The position numbers and the translations under genes were made by a program. From IMG/VR virus record IMGVR_UViG_3300016371_000006: a stretch of DNA of 64,000 bases; one strand, written 5' to 3'. Within the stretch, counting starts at the first letter, position 1. Every line of letters begins with the position of its first letter. Below the pieces are notes generated by a model that worked only from the letters and a program-made list of their open reading frames with translations, ran no database searches and was not told the DNA's origin. The stretch comes from an uncultured virus (IMG/VR IMGVR_UViG_3300016371_000006) (Duplodnaviria; Heunggongvirae; Uroviricota; Caudoviricetes). Positions 17,681 to 26,591 of this stretch are shown piece after piece.

Positions 17681-17821
17681 CGCTGGCTTCTTCGGCGGCC
17701 GCGGCGAAGTTCACCACGTCGCCCAGCTCGGCGACGGCCTGCGCGTCCAGGGTGCCCGGATCGCCGCCCACGGACACGCCGACGGTGAATCCGTTGACCT
17801 CAAAGTCGAAGTGGCTCTTGG

Positions 17822-18073
17822 TCATGACGGCACCACCACGACGGGCTCGTGGCCGTACTCGCAGCCCTGCGGGCAGGGGCACGGCATCTTGTACGTGCGG
17901 CTGAACTTGTGGCCGTTGCTGCACTCGAAGTAGTCGCTGTGTCGGTTCGGGTCGTGCCGGTGGTACTGGCCGTCCTCGTCGTAGTAGGCCTCAAACCCCA
18001 TACAGGTGGCGGTCGAGCCCTTGCTGTAGAGCCTGCTCGTGACGCCTTCGGCGACGCACTGATCGCACTTCAC
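17822..18073 (-). CDS. Small Cys-rich hypothetical protein
   Basis: YYDEDGQYHRHDPN, CSNGH. Confidence 0.6.
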   Translation of the reverse strand: MKCDQCVAEGVTSRLYSKGSTATCMGFEAYYDEDGQYHRHDPNRHSDYFECSNGHKFSRTYKMPCPCPQGCEYGHEPVVVVPS

Positions 18074-18459
18074 TTCTCGCCCTCCTCGTCACCGTCCTCG
18101 TCGGCCTTGGTGGGCTGCTCGGGCTTGGGCGGCTCGGGCTCGGTGACCTGATCGAAGATCACCTTGAGGTCGTCCTCCATCTCGAGTGGCAGCACCGTGT
18201 CGCCGTTACGCTGTTCCCAGGAGCGGCGGATCAGCCGCTCAGCTTCTTTCATGTCGGCGTCGCGGATCACCTCGGCCCGGCGGATACGCAGCACCGGGAT
18301 GCATTCACCGCTGTCGACGTGGGTGACCAGCTTGGTGGTGTCGACGAGTACCACCAGGGCGTGGATCTTCTCCGGCTCACGGATCAGCGACTTGACGATC
18401 GGACCCAGGCCGTTGGCGTCGCCGCGCGGCAGCGCGCCGGACAGGGAGATTTCGGTCAT
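18070..18459 (-). CDS. Hypothetical protein
   Basis: ATG after an AAAGGAGA RBS. Confidence 0.6.
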   Translation of the reverse strand: MTEISLSGALPRGDANGLGPIVKSLIREPEKIHALVVLVDTTKLVTHVDSGECIPVLRIRRAEVIRDADMKEAERLIRRSWEQRNGDTVLPLEMEDDLKVIFDQVTEPEPPKPEQPTKADEDGDEEGEK

Positions 18460-18518
18460 GGTTCTATGGTTCTCCTTTCGTGGGAAGGTGTCCACCCGCG
18501 GACACCGATCGTCTGACG

Positions 18519-18951
18519 TTACTGCGTGGGGCCGACAGGCTTCGCCCAATCGCCATTCGTGTCGTGTCGGCGCCGGCCGTTGCGGATGCTGTCCCAGGTA
18601 TTCGCGCTGCGGGTATCCCACCGCAAGTTGCCGATGCAATTATTGAGCCGGACATCATCGTGGTGGCATGCTTCCATCCCGGTTGGGCATGGCCCGAACC
18701 ACGCCTCCAGAACAACGATGTGAAGATCGACGGTGCGCTTCATTCCCGGCTGCCGTAAGCCGATCTTCAGATAGCCGCTCCGTTTGTCGATCCACGGCGC
18801 TATCGGCTTGCCCCGTAGCCGTCGCGGGTTTGCACCGCCCCACCTGTTCGCGGTAACGACGATCCGATCGACGGACCGGACGCGGCCATCACTGCTTACT
18901 TCGTAGTAGCCCTCGAAGCCGAGGACCTCGCGCCATTCAACTGAGATCATC
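18519..18951 (-). CDS. NUMOD4 + HNH homing endonuclease
   Basis: EWREVLGFEGYYEVSSDGRVRSVDR...ACHHDD...NLRWDTRSAN; start uncertain. Confidence 0.85.
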
Positions 18952-19148
18952 AGCGGAACATTCGGGACAAAGCAGTTCAGGGAAGGTGTCGTCGATCCAG
19001 CGCAGCCACCACCCGTCCACCGTGGCCACCCGCTGACGGGCCTCGTCGGCCTCGGCGAAGGTGTGGTACTCCGTGTCAGGCTCAGCGCGCACCCGGCAGC
19101 GGTCACACATGATCGTGTACCGGGCGGTGATGTCGATGCCGCCGGCCA

Positions 19149-19559
19149 TCATCTGCCGAGCCGTGATTGCAGCAGCGCCAGTCCCCCAACAGGCTCCCAT
19201 CGAAGATTCGCTAATTTGTTGTTGGCCGGGTCGTCGTCGATGTTACGGGCGTCGTAGCCGGGCGGCTGCGCGCGGCCGGTGAACGCTTCGAGCACCAGGC
19301 GCTTCACCGGGAACTGGATGTAGTCGTTCTCGATCCACAGGTTGACCGCGCGGGTGCCGTCGTTGGGCCGCACGCGCGGGGAGAGAATCCTGCCCTTCAC
19401 GGTGCGGATGCACGGCACGCCGTCGCGGCCGGTGCGCCCGGCGACCTGGCGGGTGACCGATCGGATGCGGCCCATATCGGAGGCTTGGTAGGCGGCCGAG
19501 AAGCGCGGATCAAGAACCGGGCGCCACTGCTCGACGACCATCTCAACCTGCCCGATCAA
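19149..19559 (-). CDS. NUMOD4/HNH-like protein (degenerate HNH)
   Basis: YQASDMGRIRS...RLVLEAF...NIDDDPANNKLANLRW. Confidence 0.75.
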   Translation of the reverse strand: MIGQVEMVVEQWRPVLDPRFSAAYQASDMGRIRSVTRQVAGRTGRDGVPCIRTVKGRILSPRVRPNDGTRAVNLWIENDYIQFPVKRLVLEAFTGRAQPPGYDARNIDDDPANNKLANLRWEPVGGLALLQSRLGR

Positions 19560-20076
19560 GGTCGTTATGAGTGAACAGCTCGTTTCGCTTGGCGGTCACT
19601 GCGGCATCAGCAGCGGCCAGCGAAGCGAAACGGCCGACCCAATACTTCCGACCGTGGTGTCTTACCTCTGCCCGCCAGCAGTTTCTGTGACTGTCCCAGA
19701 TGACGCCGCGCATCCCCGACGTGTTGTTGGCATTAAGTCCGGCGCGGTTCTCCTGGTTCTGTTTATTGCTGACGCGACGTAGATGCTGAGGATTCACGCA
19801 GACAAGGTTGTGACAGCGGTGGTCGATCTGGACGCCTTTGATCGGTCCGACACAGAGCTCATACGAAAGTCGATGCGCGAACACGCCTCGATGATTGCCA
19901 ATCGTCAGCTGGCCGTAGCCTGTGCGCTTTGAGATCCCACCAGTCCATATCCAGCACCTGGTGCCGAGCTGCGGGTGAACGGGTCCTTTCTTGTCAACCT
20001 TGGCCCAGAACCATTCGCCGATATCAGCATCGAGCGGGAGGTATCGCCCATGTCCGTCGCGGCGCCGCTCCATCAC
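19543..20076 (-). CDS. HNH endonuclease with AP2-like domain
   Basis: CWIWTG, AHRLSY, DHRCHNLVCVNPQHL, SGMRGV. Confidence 0.85.
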   Translation of the reverse strand: MMERRRDGHGRYLPLDADIGEWFWAKVDKKGPVHPQLGTRCWIWTGGISKRTGYGQLTIGNHRGVFAHRLSYELCVGPIKGVQIDHRCHNLVCVNPQHLRRVSNKQNQENRAGLNANNTSGMRGVIWDSHRNCWRAEVRHHGRKYWVGRFASLAAADAAVTAKRNELFTHNDLDRAG

Positions 20077-20189
20077 GTTGACAGGCTAACCACGCGGCAC
20101 GTATTTCCCGTTACCCGACACGCCGAAAAGTTGTTGCCCTCCTGGGTGGAACGGCGTATACAAGACAGGTTGTCGTTTGAGAACTTCAT

Positions 20190-20327
20190 AGGCGCGAGCC
20201 GGACGGAACCGTCGGTTATCTAAATTGGTAATTCAGGTTCGAGTCCTGATCACGGTCCTCCTCGGAAGCCGTGATTACAGAGCGCCGGCTTCGGCCGGTA
20301 CCCGGCGTCCAATCTTCGTTCGCGCCT
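20190..20327 (+). ncRNA. Y RNA-like gene 1 (tRNA-like T arm; YrlA-like)
   Basis: 5' GGCGCGAGCCGGA pairs with 3' TTCGTTCGCGCC; T arm TCAGG-TTCGAGT-CCTGA; upstream of Ro60. Confidence 0.75.
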
Positions 20328-20336
20328 CTAGCTTTC

Positions 20337-20490
20337 GGCTCCGAGCCGGACGCTGGATCGGTTATCTTTCTGCAAAAGTGAGAGCGCGGGTTCGAATCCC
20401 GCCACGGCTGCTGGGGCAGTCGTGTGGACGAGTGGCCTAAGTCGCATGGGCGTAAGCCCTTTCCGATCTGCAACCCCTTCGTTCGGAGTC
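20337..20490 (+). ncRNA. Y RNA-like gene 2 (YrlA-like tRNA mimic)
   Basis: CTCCGAGCCGGA...TTCGTTCGGAG stem; T arm GCGGG-TTCGAAT-CCCGC, closed acceptor-like stem, D-arm-like GGACGAGTGGCCTAAGTC. Confidence 0.8.
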
Positions 20491-20499
20491 TTCACGTCC

Positions 20500-20660
20500 G
20501 GTCTGAGCCGGATGAGATTCGGTTATCTGTCGCCAGGTCGAGCGGACCCAAAACGCTAGGAGGACAGGTGACACGTACCTCCGGTCGGCACCCACATCAG
20601 TCACGGGTTCCGGCTGCCGGGCAACCGGTGTCAGCCGGATTTCGTTTCTTCGTTCAGACC
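20500..20660 (+). ncRNA. Y RNA-like gene 3
   Basis: GGTCTGAGCCGGA...TTCGTTCAGACC stem with the shared TCGGTTATCT motif. Confidence 0.7.
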
Positions 20661-20669
20661 ACCCGCGTC

Positions 20670-20739
20670 GGCACGAGCCGGATGTGGCCGGTTACCTAAC
20701 CTTTCCTGTTAACCCGGTCGCGGTTGCTTCGTTCGTGCT
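20670..20739 (+). ncRNA. Y RNA-like gene 4 (short)
   Basis: GCACGAGCCGGA...CGGTTACCT...TTCGTTCGTGC. Confidence 0.65.
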
Positions 20740-20750
20740 TTAAAACTGCT

Positions 20751-20822
20751 GGGGCGAGCCGGATTTCGAGTCGGTTACCTTGTGGGAAAGTATCCCCGGT
20801 TCGAGACTTTTTCGTTCGCCCC
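20751..20822 (+). ncRNA. Y RNA-like gene 5 (short)
   Basis: GGGGCGAGCCGGA...TCGGTTACCT...TTCGTTCGCCCC. Confidence 0.65.
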
Positions 20823-20843
20823 GCCTAAGAAAAGGAGGAACAC

Positions 20844-22544
20844 ATGGTTGATGTTTTGAAGGGCTTCTCCACCCGGGCGACTCCGCAGAGCCAGCCCGCC
20901 GGCGCCGCGACGGTGCGCAACGCCGCCGGCGGCCATGTGTTCGCGATCGACGACATGGCCCGGCTGCGCCGATTCCTGACGATCGGGACCTCCGGCGGCA
21001 CGTACTACACCAGCGCGCCGGAGCTCACGCGCGAGAACGCCGAAGTCGTGCTGCGGTTGGCGCAGAGCAATCCCTTCGCCCTGGTCGATGAGATCGTCGC
21101 GATCTCCACCGCGGGGCGCGCGCCCAAGGCCAACCCGGCGATCTTCGCGCTGGCGATCGCCGCGGCCGAGGGCGCCAACGACCCCGAGCGGGGATCGGGC
21201 CGTAAGTATGCGCTGTCGAAGTTGCCCGCGGTGTGTCGCACCGGGACGCATATGTACCTGTTCGCCGGGTACGTCGAGCAGTTCCGCGGCTGGGGTCGCG
21301 GCCTGAAGCGCGCCGTCGGCGAGTGGTACAACGGCCGGTCGGTCGACAAGTTGGCCTACCAGATCCTCAAGTACCGCCAGCGCGAGGGCTGGCGGCACGC
21401 CGACCTGCTGGCGCTCTCCCATCCCGCGCCGGACACCGCGATGCGAGACAACCTCTACCGCTATATCACCGACACCATGACCGGGCGCGACCCCGAGCAC
21501 GTCGAGCGGATGGCGCCCCACCGCGAGCACTACCAGGTCTTCCCGGCTGACAAGATTCCGGCGCTGCCTGATCTGATCGGTGCCTACGAGCAGGTGCAGA
21601 ACGCCACCGCACTGCAGGCGGTCAACCTGATCGCCGAGCACGACCTGTCCTGGGAGATGCTGCCCGACAAGCTGCTGGGCGAGGCGCTGGTGTGGGAGGC
21701 GCTGATCGGCAAGGGGATGCCGCAGACCGCGCTGATGCGCCAGCTGCCCCGGCTGACCCGGCTGGGCCTGACCACCGGCAAGACCGGCAACCTGATCGCC
21801 GAGCAGTTGCAGGACACGCAGAAGCTCAAGCTGGGCCGAGTGCACCCGATCAACGTGCTGGTCGCGCAGCGCACCTACGCCAGCGGCCGCAGCGCGCGGC
21901 GCGGTGACTCCACCTGGGAGCCGACGCGCAAGATCACCGACGCGCTCGACGCGGCGTTCTACAACGCCTACGGCGCGGTTGAGCCGTCGGGCAAGTCGGT
22001 GCTGCTGGCCTGCGACGTGTCGGGCTCGATGGGCGCCTCGGCCGGGGGCCTGCCGATCACCTGCCGGGAGGTGTGCGCGGCGCTGTCGCTAGTGAGCCTG
22101 AACGTCGAGCGCGATGCCGACATCATCGGGTTCTCCGACGGGCGCAGCCACGGCGGCTACGGGATGTACTCCAACAGCGTGGCCTCGCGGCTGGACATCA
22201 GCGCGCGGCGGCGCCTCGACGACGTGTGCTCCTACATGGCGGGCCTGAACTTCGGGCGCACGGATTGCTCTTTGCCAATGCTATGGGCGATGAAGAACAA
22301 GCTGGACTTCTCAGCAATTCAGGTGTACACGGACAATGAGACTTGGTATGGAAGCGTTCATCCTTGGCAAGCTCTTGACCAGTACCGGAACATGGTTGGT
22401 CACGACGTCAGCCTAGCGGTGATCGCGATGACAGCAACCAGAGGAAGCATCGCAAACCCCGACGATCCTCGCCAGATGGACGTTGCTGGCTTCGACGTTT
22501 CGGTTCCGCAAGTCCTATCCGATTTCGCTGCGTGTCGTATCTGA
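20844..22544 (+). CDS. rsr: Ro60/TROVE-domain RNA-binding protein with vWA domain
   Basis: NAAGG, RLRRFLTIGTSGGTYY, GWGRGLKRAV.EWY, KYRQREGWRH.DLL.LSHP, DVSGSM, TDNETW, MDVAGFD; RBS AGGAGG. Confidence 0.92.
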   Translation: MVDVLKGFSTRATPQSQPAGAATVRNAAGGHVFAIDDMARLRRFLTIGTSGGTYYTSAPELTRENAEVVLRLAQSNPFALVDEIVAISTAGRAPKANPAIFALAIAAAEGANDPERGSGRKYALSKLPAVCRTGTHMYLFAGYVEQFRGWGRGLKRAVGEWYNGRSVDKLAYQILKYRQREGWRHADLLALSHPAPDTAMRDNLYRYITDTMTGRDPEHVERMAPHREHYQVFPADKIPALPDLIGAYEQVQNATALQAVNLIAEHDLSWEMLPDKLLGEALVWEALIGKGMPQTALMRQLPRLTRLGLTTGKTGNLIAEQLQDTQKLKLGRVHPINVLVAQRTYASGRSARRGDSTWEPTRKITDALDAAFYNAYGAVEPSGKSVLLACDVSGSMGASAGGLPITCREVCAALSLVSLNVERDADIIGFSDGRSHGGYGMYSNSVASRLDISARRRLDDVCSYMAGLNFGRTDCSLPMLWAMKNKLDFSAIQVYTDNETWYGSVHPWQALDQYRNMVGHDVSLAVIAMTATRGSIANPDDPRQMDVAGFDVSVPQVLSDFAACRI

Positions 22545-22571
22545 GGCGTGATGAGCGACTATCCTAGAAAC

Positions 22572-22661
22572 GCCGTGGTGTGGTGCGTTATGGCACGGCG
22601 CGGTACGGCGGGACGTGGTTCGGTATGGCGCGTCGAGGTCCGGCAAGGTGAGTTACGGTAA
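22572..22661 (+). ncRNA. Stand-alone GGY-NN guide-like unit (18 pentamers)
   Basis: gccgt ggtgt ggtgc gttat ggcac ggcgc ggtac ggcgg gacgt ggttc ggtat ggcgc gtcga ggtcc ggcaa ggtga gttac ggtaa; preceded by TATCCT (possible -10, 22560-22565) and followed by a hairpin. Confidence 0.8.
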
Positions 22662-22663
22662 CC

Positions 22664-22696
22664 GAGGGCAGGGTCACTTCAGGTGGCCCTGCCTTC
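22664..22696 (+). terminator. Hairpin after the stand-alone guide
   Basis: GAGGGCAGGGTCAC-TTCAG-GTGGCCCTGCCTTC, 14-bp stem with two G-U pairs. Confidence 0.65.
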
Positions 22697-22717
22697 CTTC
22701 TCGGAGTCACATCTGAC

Positions 22718-22936
22718 GTGGATGCGTTGGTCACGATGGCCCGCGAGGCGCACAGGCAAAGCACCGAGCATGTGCGTCTTGCGGGCCATTTCCGCGCGCA
22801 GCGTAACGACGCGATCTGTCGCGCCTACGCCAGCGGGAACTACTCCTACACGACACTCGCGCAGCAGCTAGGGATCAGCCGCGAGCTGGTGGTGAAAATC
22901 ATTCAGGGCCGTCGCCGAGACGGCCCTGTTTCATAG
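22718..22936 (+). CDS. Small HTH protein
   Basis: RNDAICRAYASGNYSYTTLAQQLGISRELVVKII. Confidence 0.65.
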   Translation: MDALVTMAREAHRQSTEHVRLAGHFRAQRNDAICRAYASGNYSYTTLAQQLGISRELVVKIIQGRRRDGPVS

Positions 22937-22953
22937 TGTCCACGCGCGGACAC

Positions 22954-23337
22954 CTACCAGTCCTCGCTCGGCACTCCGGTGTCGGGGACCAGCTCCTCGG
23001 GGCCTTTCATGGAGTTGCAGCCGAAATGCGCTGACGCCCAGTTGTTGCGGTCCATCAGCAGCTCGGGCCGGTCCTTCACCGAGATCATGTGCTCGAGCGA
23101 CCAGGACAACGGGTGTGGGTAGGCCAGGTTGTAGTCGATGGGCTCGCCGTCGATGACGCACGGCGCCCCGATGGACCCATCGGGGTTGCGCTGCACGGCG
23201 CAGCGCGCCCGGTAGGCGTCGCGGCCGGACTTGTACTCCTGGGTGGAGCGGATGGTACGGGTGTTGACCGGGCGCTTGACCCACTTGATCGTGGTGTCGG
23301 TTTCGGGCACGTCGTCGTACAGGTCCTCGTCACTCAC
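22954..23337 (-). CDS. HNH endonuclease (packaging-associated type)
   Basis: CVIDGEPIDY..HPLSWSLEHMIS...PEL..D..N..SAHFGCNSMKG. Confidence 0.75.
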   Translation of the reverse strand: MSDEDLYDDVPETDTTIKWVKRPVNTRTIRSTQEYKSGRDAYRARCAVQRNPDGSIGAPCVIDGEPIDYNLAYPHPLSWSLEHMISVKDRPELLMDRNNWASAHFGCNSMKGPEELVPDTGVPSEDW

Positions 23338-24416
23338 GCGATGCGGACCTTCTCCTGCGTGGCGCGGGCCCGCCAGCCGGACATCGACGCCACCACGGCG
23401 GCGTTCGGTGTCTCGTAGGCTTCCTCGGTGGCGGGGTCCCACATGTAGGTGATCGGCTTCTGGTAGGCCAGCTTCTCCAGGTTGGGGTCGGTGATGCAGA
23501 CCGGGGTGGCGTCGGTGGGCGCGACGAACGCGAAGTTGCCGAGCACCTGGGAGGCGTCGTTGAAGGTCGCCGCGGTGAACGCCACGTCGTAGATCAGCGG
23601 GTAGTACGGGGCCGGGATCGCCAGGATGGGACTGTTGGACACCAGCTGGCAGCCGGCGGTGTCGACGTAGTCGATGGTGGACAGCACGCCGGCCATGATG
23701 CGGGCTTGGCGCGCCGGGATGGAGATCGACGTGGGCGCGGTGACCCGCGGGGAGCCGGTCGCGGTGGTGGCCACGGTCATGGTGGCGTCATAGCCGTTGG
23801 CGTCGATCAGGTCGGTCCACTGCAGCACCATCGGCAGCATCGCCGTATTGCCCAGGGCGCCGGTGAACTCCACGTCGTAGCTCTGCGGGTTGATGCCCTG
23901 CACGACCAGCACGTTGCCGGTGCCGATGGACGGCAGCGCGGCCAGCGCTGATTGCAGGGCGGCCGGGGTCACGTTGTAGGGCTGCGCCGGGGTGATGTCG
24001 GACGCCGACAGCGGGCTCTGCACGGTGAACGTGCCCTGCACCGGGTTGCCGATCAGCGTGATCGTCTGCTCGGCGTTGTAGGCCGCGGTGATCAGGTAGT
24101 CGGCCACGAACGCCTGGTACCCGATCGGCAGCCGCGGCGTGAAGGTGACCAGGGCGTTGACCGGCTGCAGCACCGGGTCGTTGATGGTGCCCGACACGGA
24201 CGGGTCGGCCACCGCGTAGAAGCTGCCTGACACGGGGAAGAACGGGATGCTGTAGGGGCCGAGCGCCGCGGTCAGGGTGCCTTCGCCGGAGAAGTTGGGC
24301 ACCGGCGGCACGCCCGGAACCACGGCCACCGGGCAGGCGTGTGGCGACGGCGGCGAGGCGGGCAGCGGAAGCGTGCAGAGCGTGCCCTCGCTACCAAAAT
24401 CACCCGGAGTGGTCAT
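23334..24416 (-). CDS. Putative virion/beta-rich protein
   Basis: EQTITL.G....GTFTV...PYNVTPAALQSALAALPSIGTGNV.V...YDVEF pattern seen in phage structural proteins. Confidence 0.55.
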   Translation of the reverse strand: MTTPGDFGSEGTLCTLPLPASPPSPHACPVAVVPGVPPVPNFSGEGTLTAALGPYSIPFFPVSGSFYAVADPSVSGTINDPVLQPVNALVTFTPRLPIGYQAFVADYLITAAYNAEQTITLIGNPVQGTFTVQSPLSASDITPAQPYNVTPAALQSALAALPSIGTGNVLVVQGINPQSYDVEFTGALGNTAMLPMVLQWTDLIDANGYDATMTVATTATGSPRVTAPTSISIPARQARIMAGVLSTIDYVDTAGCQLVSNSPILAIPAPYYPLIYDVAFTAATFNDASQVLGNFAFVAPTDATPVCITDPNLEKLAYQKPITYMWDPATEEAYETPNAAVVASMSGWRARATQEKVRIA

Positions 24417-24760
24417 GACTCCTCCTCGCTCTGTTCGGCGATGTCGCGCCGGCCGGAGTGCACCCTCATGATGACCTCGTCGCCGTCACGCGGATCGTCC
24501 TGTTCGATGAACCGGGTGGGTGCGGGCAGCTGGCGCTCGATCCAGGTGGGATTGAGATCCGCGGTGAAGGTGACCGCCTGGTCGCTGACCTCGAAGTGTG
24601 GGTCGTAGCACAGGTTGGCGAACCGGACCTTGCCGTCGATGCGGACCTCGACCGAGCGGGGCTGGGACTTGACCACCTGGTCGGTCTGCGCCACCGGGGG
24701 ATGCGCCGGCGCCTTGGCGGGGGCGGCTTTGCGACCCGGGGTGGCCTTGGCTGTGGGCAT
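24413..24760 (-). CDS. Hypothetical protein
   Basis: ATG after AAGGAG. Confidence 0.55.
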   Translation of the reverse strand: MPTAKATPGRKAAPAKAPAHPPVAQTDQVVKSQPRSVEVRIDGKVRFANLCYDPHFEVSDQAVTFTADLNPTWIERQLPAPTRFIEQDDPRDGDEVIMRVHSGRRDIAEQSEEES

Positions 24761-24795
24761 GGTGCTCCTTGGGTAGGGGGCTGCGACTTGATTGT

Positions 24796-25014
24796 CTACC
24801 ACCAGACGGTAGTCGGGGTGGTGTAGCAGACGGACTCGATCGACTTCGTGTCGTCGGCCTGGGCGTAGAGCGCCTCCTGCTGGGCGCGCGCGGACTCCTT
24901 GGTGTCGTGGCAGCCGAACAGTGCGTTGCCGGTGCGGCCGCCGACCACGGCGTAGGGCTTGCCGGCAGGGCAGCGGCTGTCGCCTTTCACGATGTTCCAA
25001 GGCAATCGAATCAC
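24796..25014 (-). CDS. Small hypothetical protein
   Basis: PWNIVKGDSRCPAGKPYAVV...GCHDTKESARAQQEALYA, a common actinophage motif. Confidence 0.55.
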   Translation of the reverse strand: MIRLPWNIVKGDSRCPAGKPYAVVGGRTGNALFGCHDTKESARAQQEALYAQADDTKSIESVCYTTPTTVWW

Positions 25015-25085
25015 CCGCTTAAACTGGGCTGAGACCCCGCGCCTGCGGTCACAGGCCGGGGATTGGCCGACTGGTAGGAGTCGAC

Positions 25086-25571
25086 ATGACGGATGCTACG
25101 CGCCGCTTCTGGTTCAACGTCGATAAGAACGGGCCTGTCCGCGTGTTGAATCTTGGCCAGTGCTGGATGTGGCTTGGCGGCACGGTTAGCAACGGCCGGG
25201 CGCGTTACGGCATTTTCTATGTCGGCAGCAAGCAGGTCAGGGTACATAGGTTTTCATGGTTCCTTGTTTACGGATCGGTACCCGCGATCCTGGATCACCG
25301 CTGCCGCAATACCCTCTGCGTGCGACCCGATCATTTACGGCCGGCGACAAGGAAAACCAATAATGAGAACCGCGTTGGCGCGAACCGCAATGGCAGATCA
25401 GGTGTGCAGGGCGCGCACTGGGATAAAAGATCAGGGAAGTGGCTAGCTCGTGTGCGTCATAACGGCAGGGATATTCAGGTAGGAGTTTTTAGGACAGCTG
25501 AACAAGCTGGTGAGGCGGCAAGATTGAAGCGACTCGAACTGTTCACATACAACGATGCGGATCGTCCTTAG
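25086..25571 (+). CDS. HNH endonuclease with AP2-like domain
   Basis: RFWFNVDK, CWMWLG, VHRFSW, DHRCRNTLCVRPDHL; lower GC and opposite strand, consistent with an insertion. Confidence 0.85.
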   Translation: MTDATRRFWFNVDKNGPVRVLNLGQCWMWLGGTVSNGRARYGIFYVGSKQVRVHRFSWFLVYGSVPAILDHRCRNTLCVRPDHLRPATRKTNNENRVGANRNGRSGVQGAHWDKRSGKWLARVRHNGRDIQVGVFRTAEQAGEAARLKRLELFTYNDADRP

Positions 25572-25572
25572 A

Positions 25573-26028
25573 TCACACGCCAGGTGGGGCGGTGCGCCGA
25601 CTGCGCGGACGCCCGATCGCCGAGCGACGGGGCCGCGCCGCCGGGGTGGGACCGGGCGTGATGACCATCGGCATCATGCCCGCGGCCGGGGTGCGCCGGC
25701 TGGGGCCGTCGCGCACGATCGCCCTGGCCGGGGCCAGCGCGCGGTTGTCGCGGCGGCCTTTCTCGGCGTTGTCGGCGACCACCTGGGCGGCGACGTTGGC
25801 GGCGATCGACCCGGCCGCCACGAAGTCGGCCCACTCCCGACTATGAAGATGCCTCGGAAGCATGATGAGCCCGTCCGGCCCCACGCTGATCTGCCAGGTG
25901 CCATAGGTGATGAGCTTCCACACCCCGGCCGGGTTGTCCAGGTCGCCGACGGTCTGGATGGACGCGCCCTCGGGCAGCGGTGCCTGCGCCTCGGGGGCCG
26001 GGTTGGGTTCGGCCTTGGCCTTGCTCAT
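25573..26028 (-). CDS. Hypothetical protein
   Basis: 151 aa in operon. Confidence 0.55.
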   Translation of the reverse strand: MSKAKAEPNPAPEAQAPLPEGASIQTVGDLDNPAGVWKLITYGTWQISVGPDGLIMLPRHLHSREWADFVAAGSIAANVAAQVVADNAEKGRRDNRALAPARAIVRDGPSRRTPAAGMMPMVITPGPTPAARPRRSAIGRPRSRRTAPPGV

Positions 26029-26591
26029 ACCGGCCGCGCCGATCGGCCCAGCAGGGTGAAGATGTCGAACTCGGGCTGGCTGACCAGGCTGACGTGCTGG
26101 TCACAGACCGAGTAGCCGTGGATGGTGGTGGTGGCCGGTGTGCGCTGACCGCGCTGGTTCAGGCAGATGCAGCAGCCGATAAACGGCGCCGGCGGGGGAT
26201 TCTTGAGGCGTGCCACGCCTCGCATTATGGTCCCGCCGACGCCGTTTCGGGTGTTGCACGCGCCGTCTAGAGCCCGAACATCTCCCAGTGTGCCGGGGTG
26301 TCGTAGCCGAGGCGCACCAGCGCGGCGCGCCGCTCATGCGCTGGCAGCGTCATGATCTGCTCGGCGGCGTCGGGTGCCTCGTCGTGCCACGCCTGAACGG
26401 CCTGGTCGACGTCGGTGGCGCTCACGCCACTCTCCTGATCGCGTTGAGCCAGCGGTCGACTTCGTGCACTTCTCGCAGCGTCGCGAAGCGTCGTGCCCGG
26501 CGGTACAGCCGCAGCCGCCACACCTTGTGCAGCCATCGGTACAGCGGCACCGTGCCCCAGTCGCCGGGAGGTCCGGCCAGTGTCTCCCACA

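Noticed and set aside
20190..20490. Canonical tRNA genes
   Set aside because: T arms are present but the arm order is permuted, the acceptor-like stem is loop-closed and there is no CCA end; better explained as Y RNAs.
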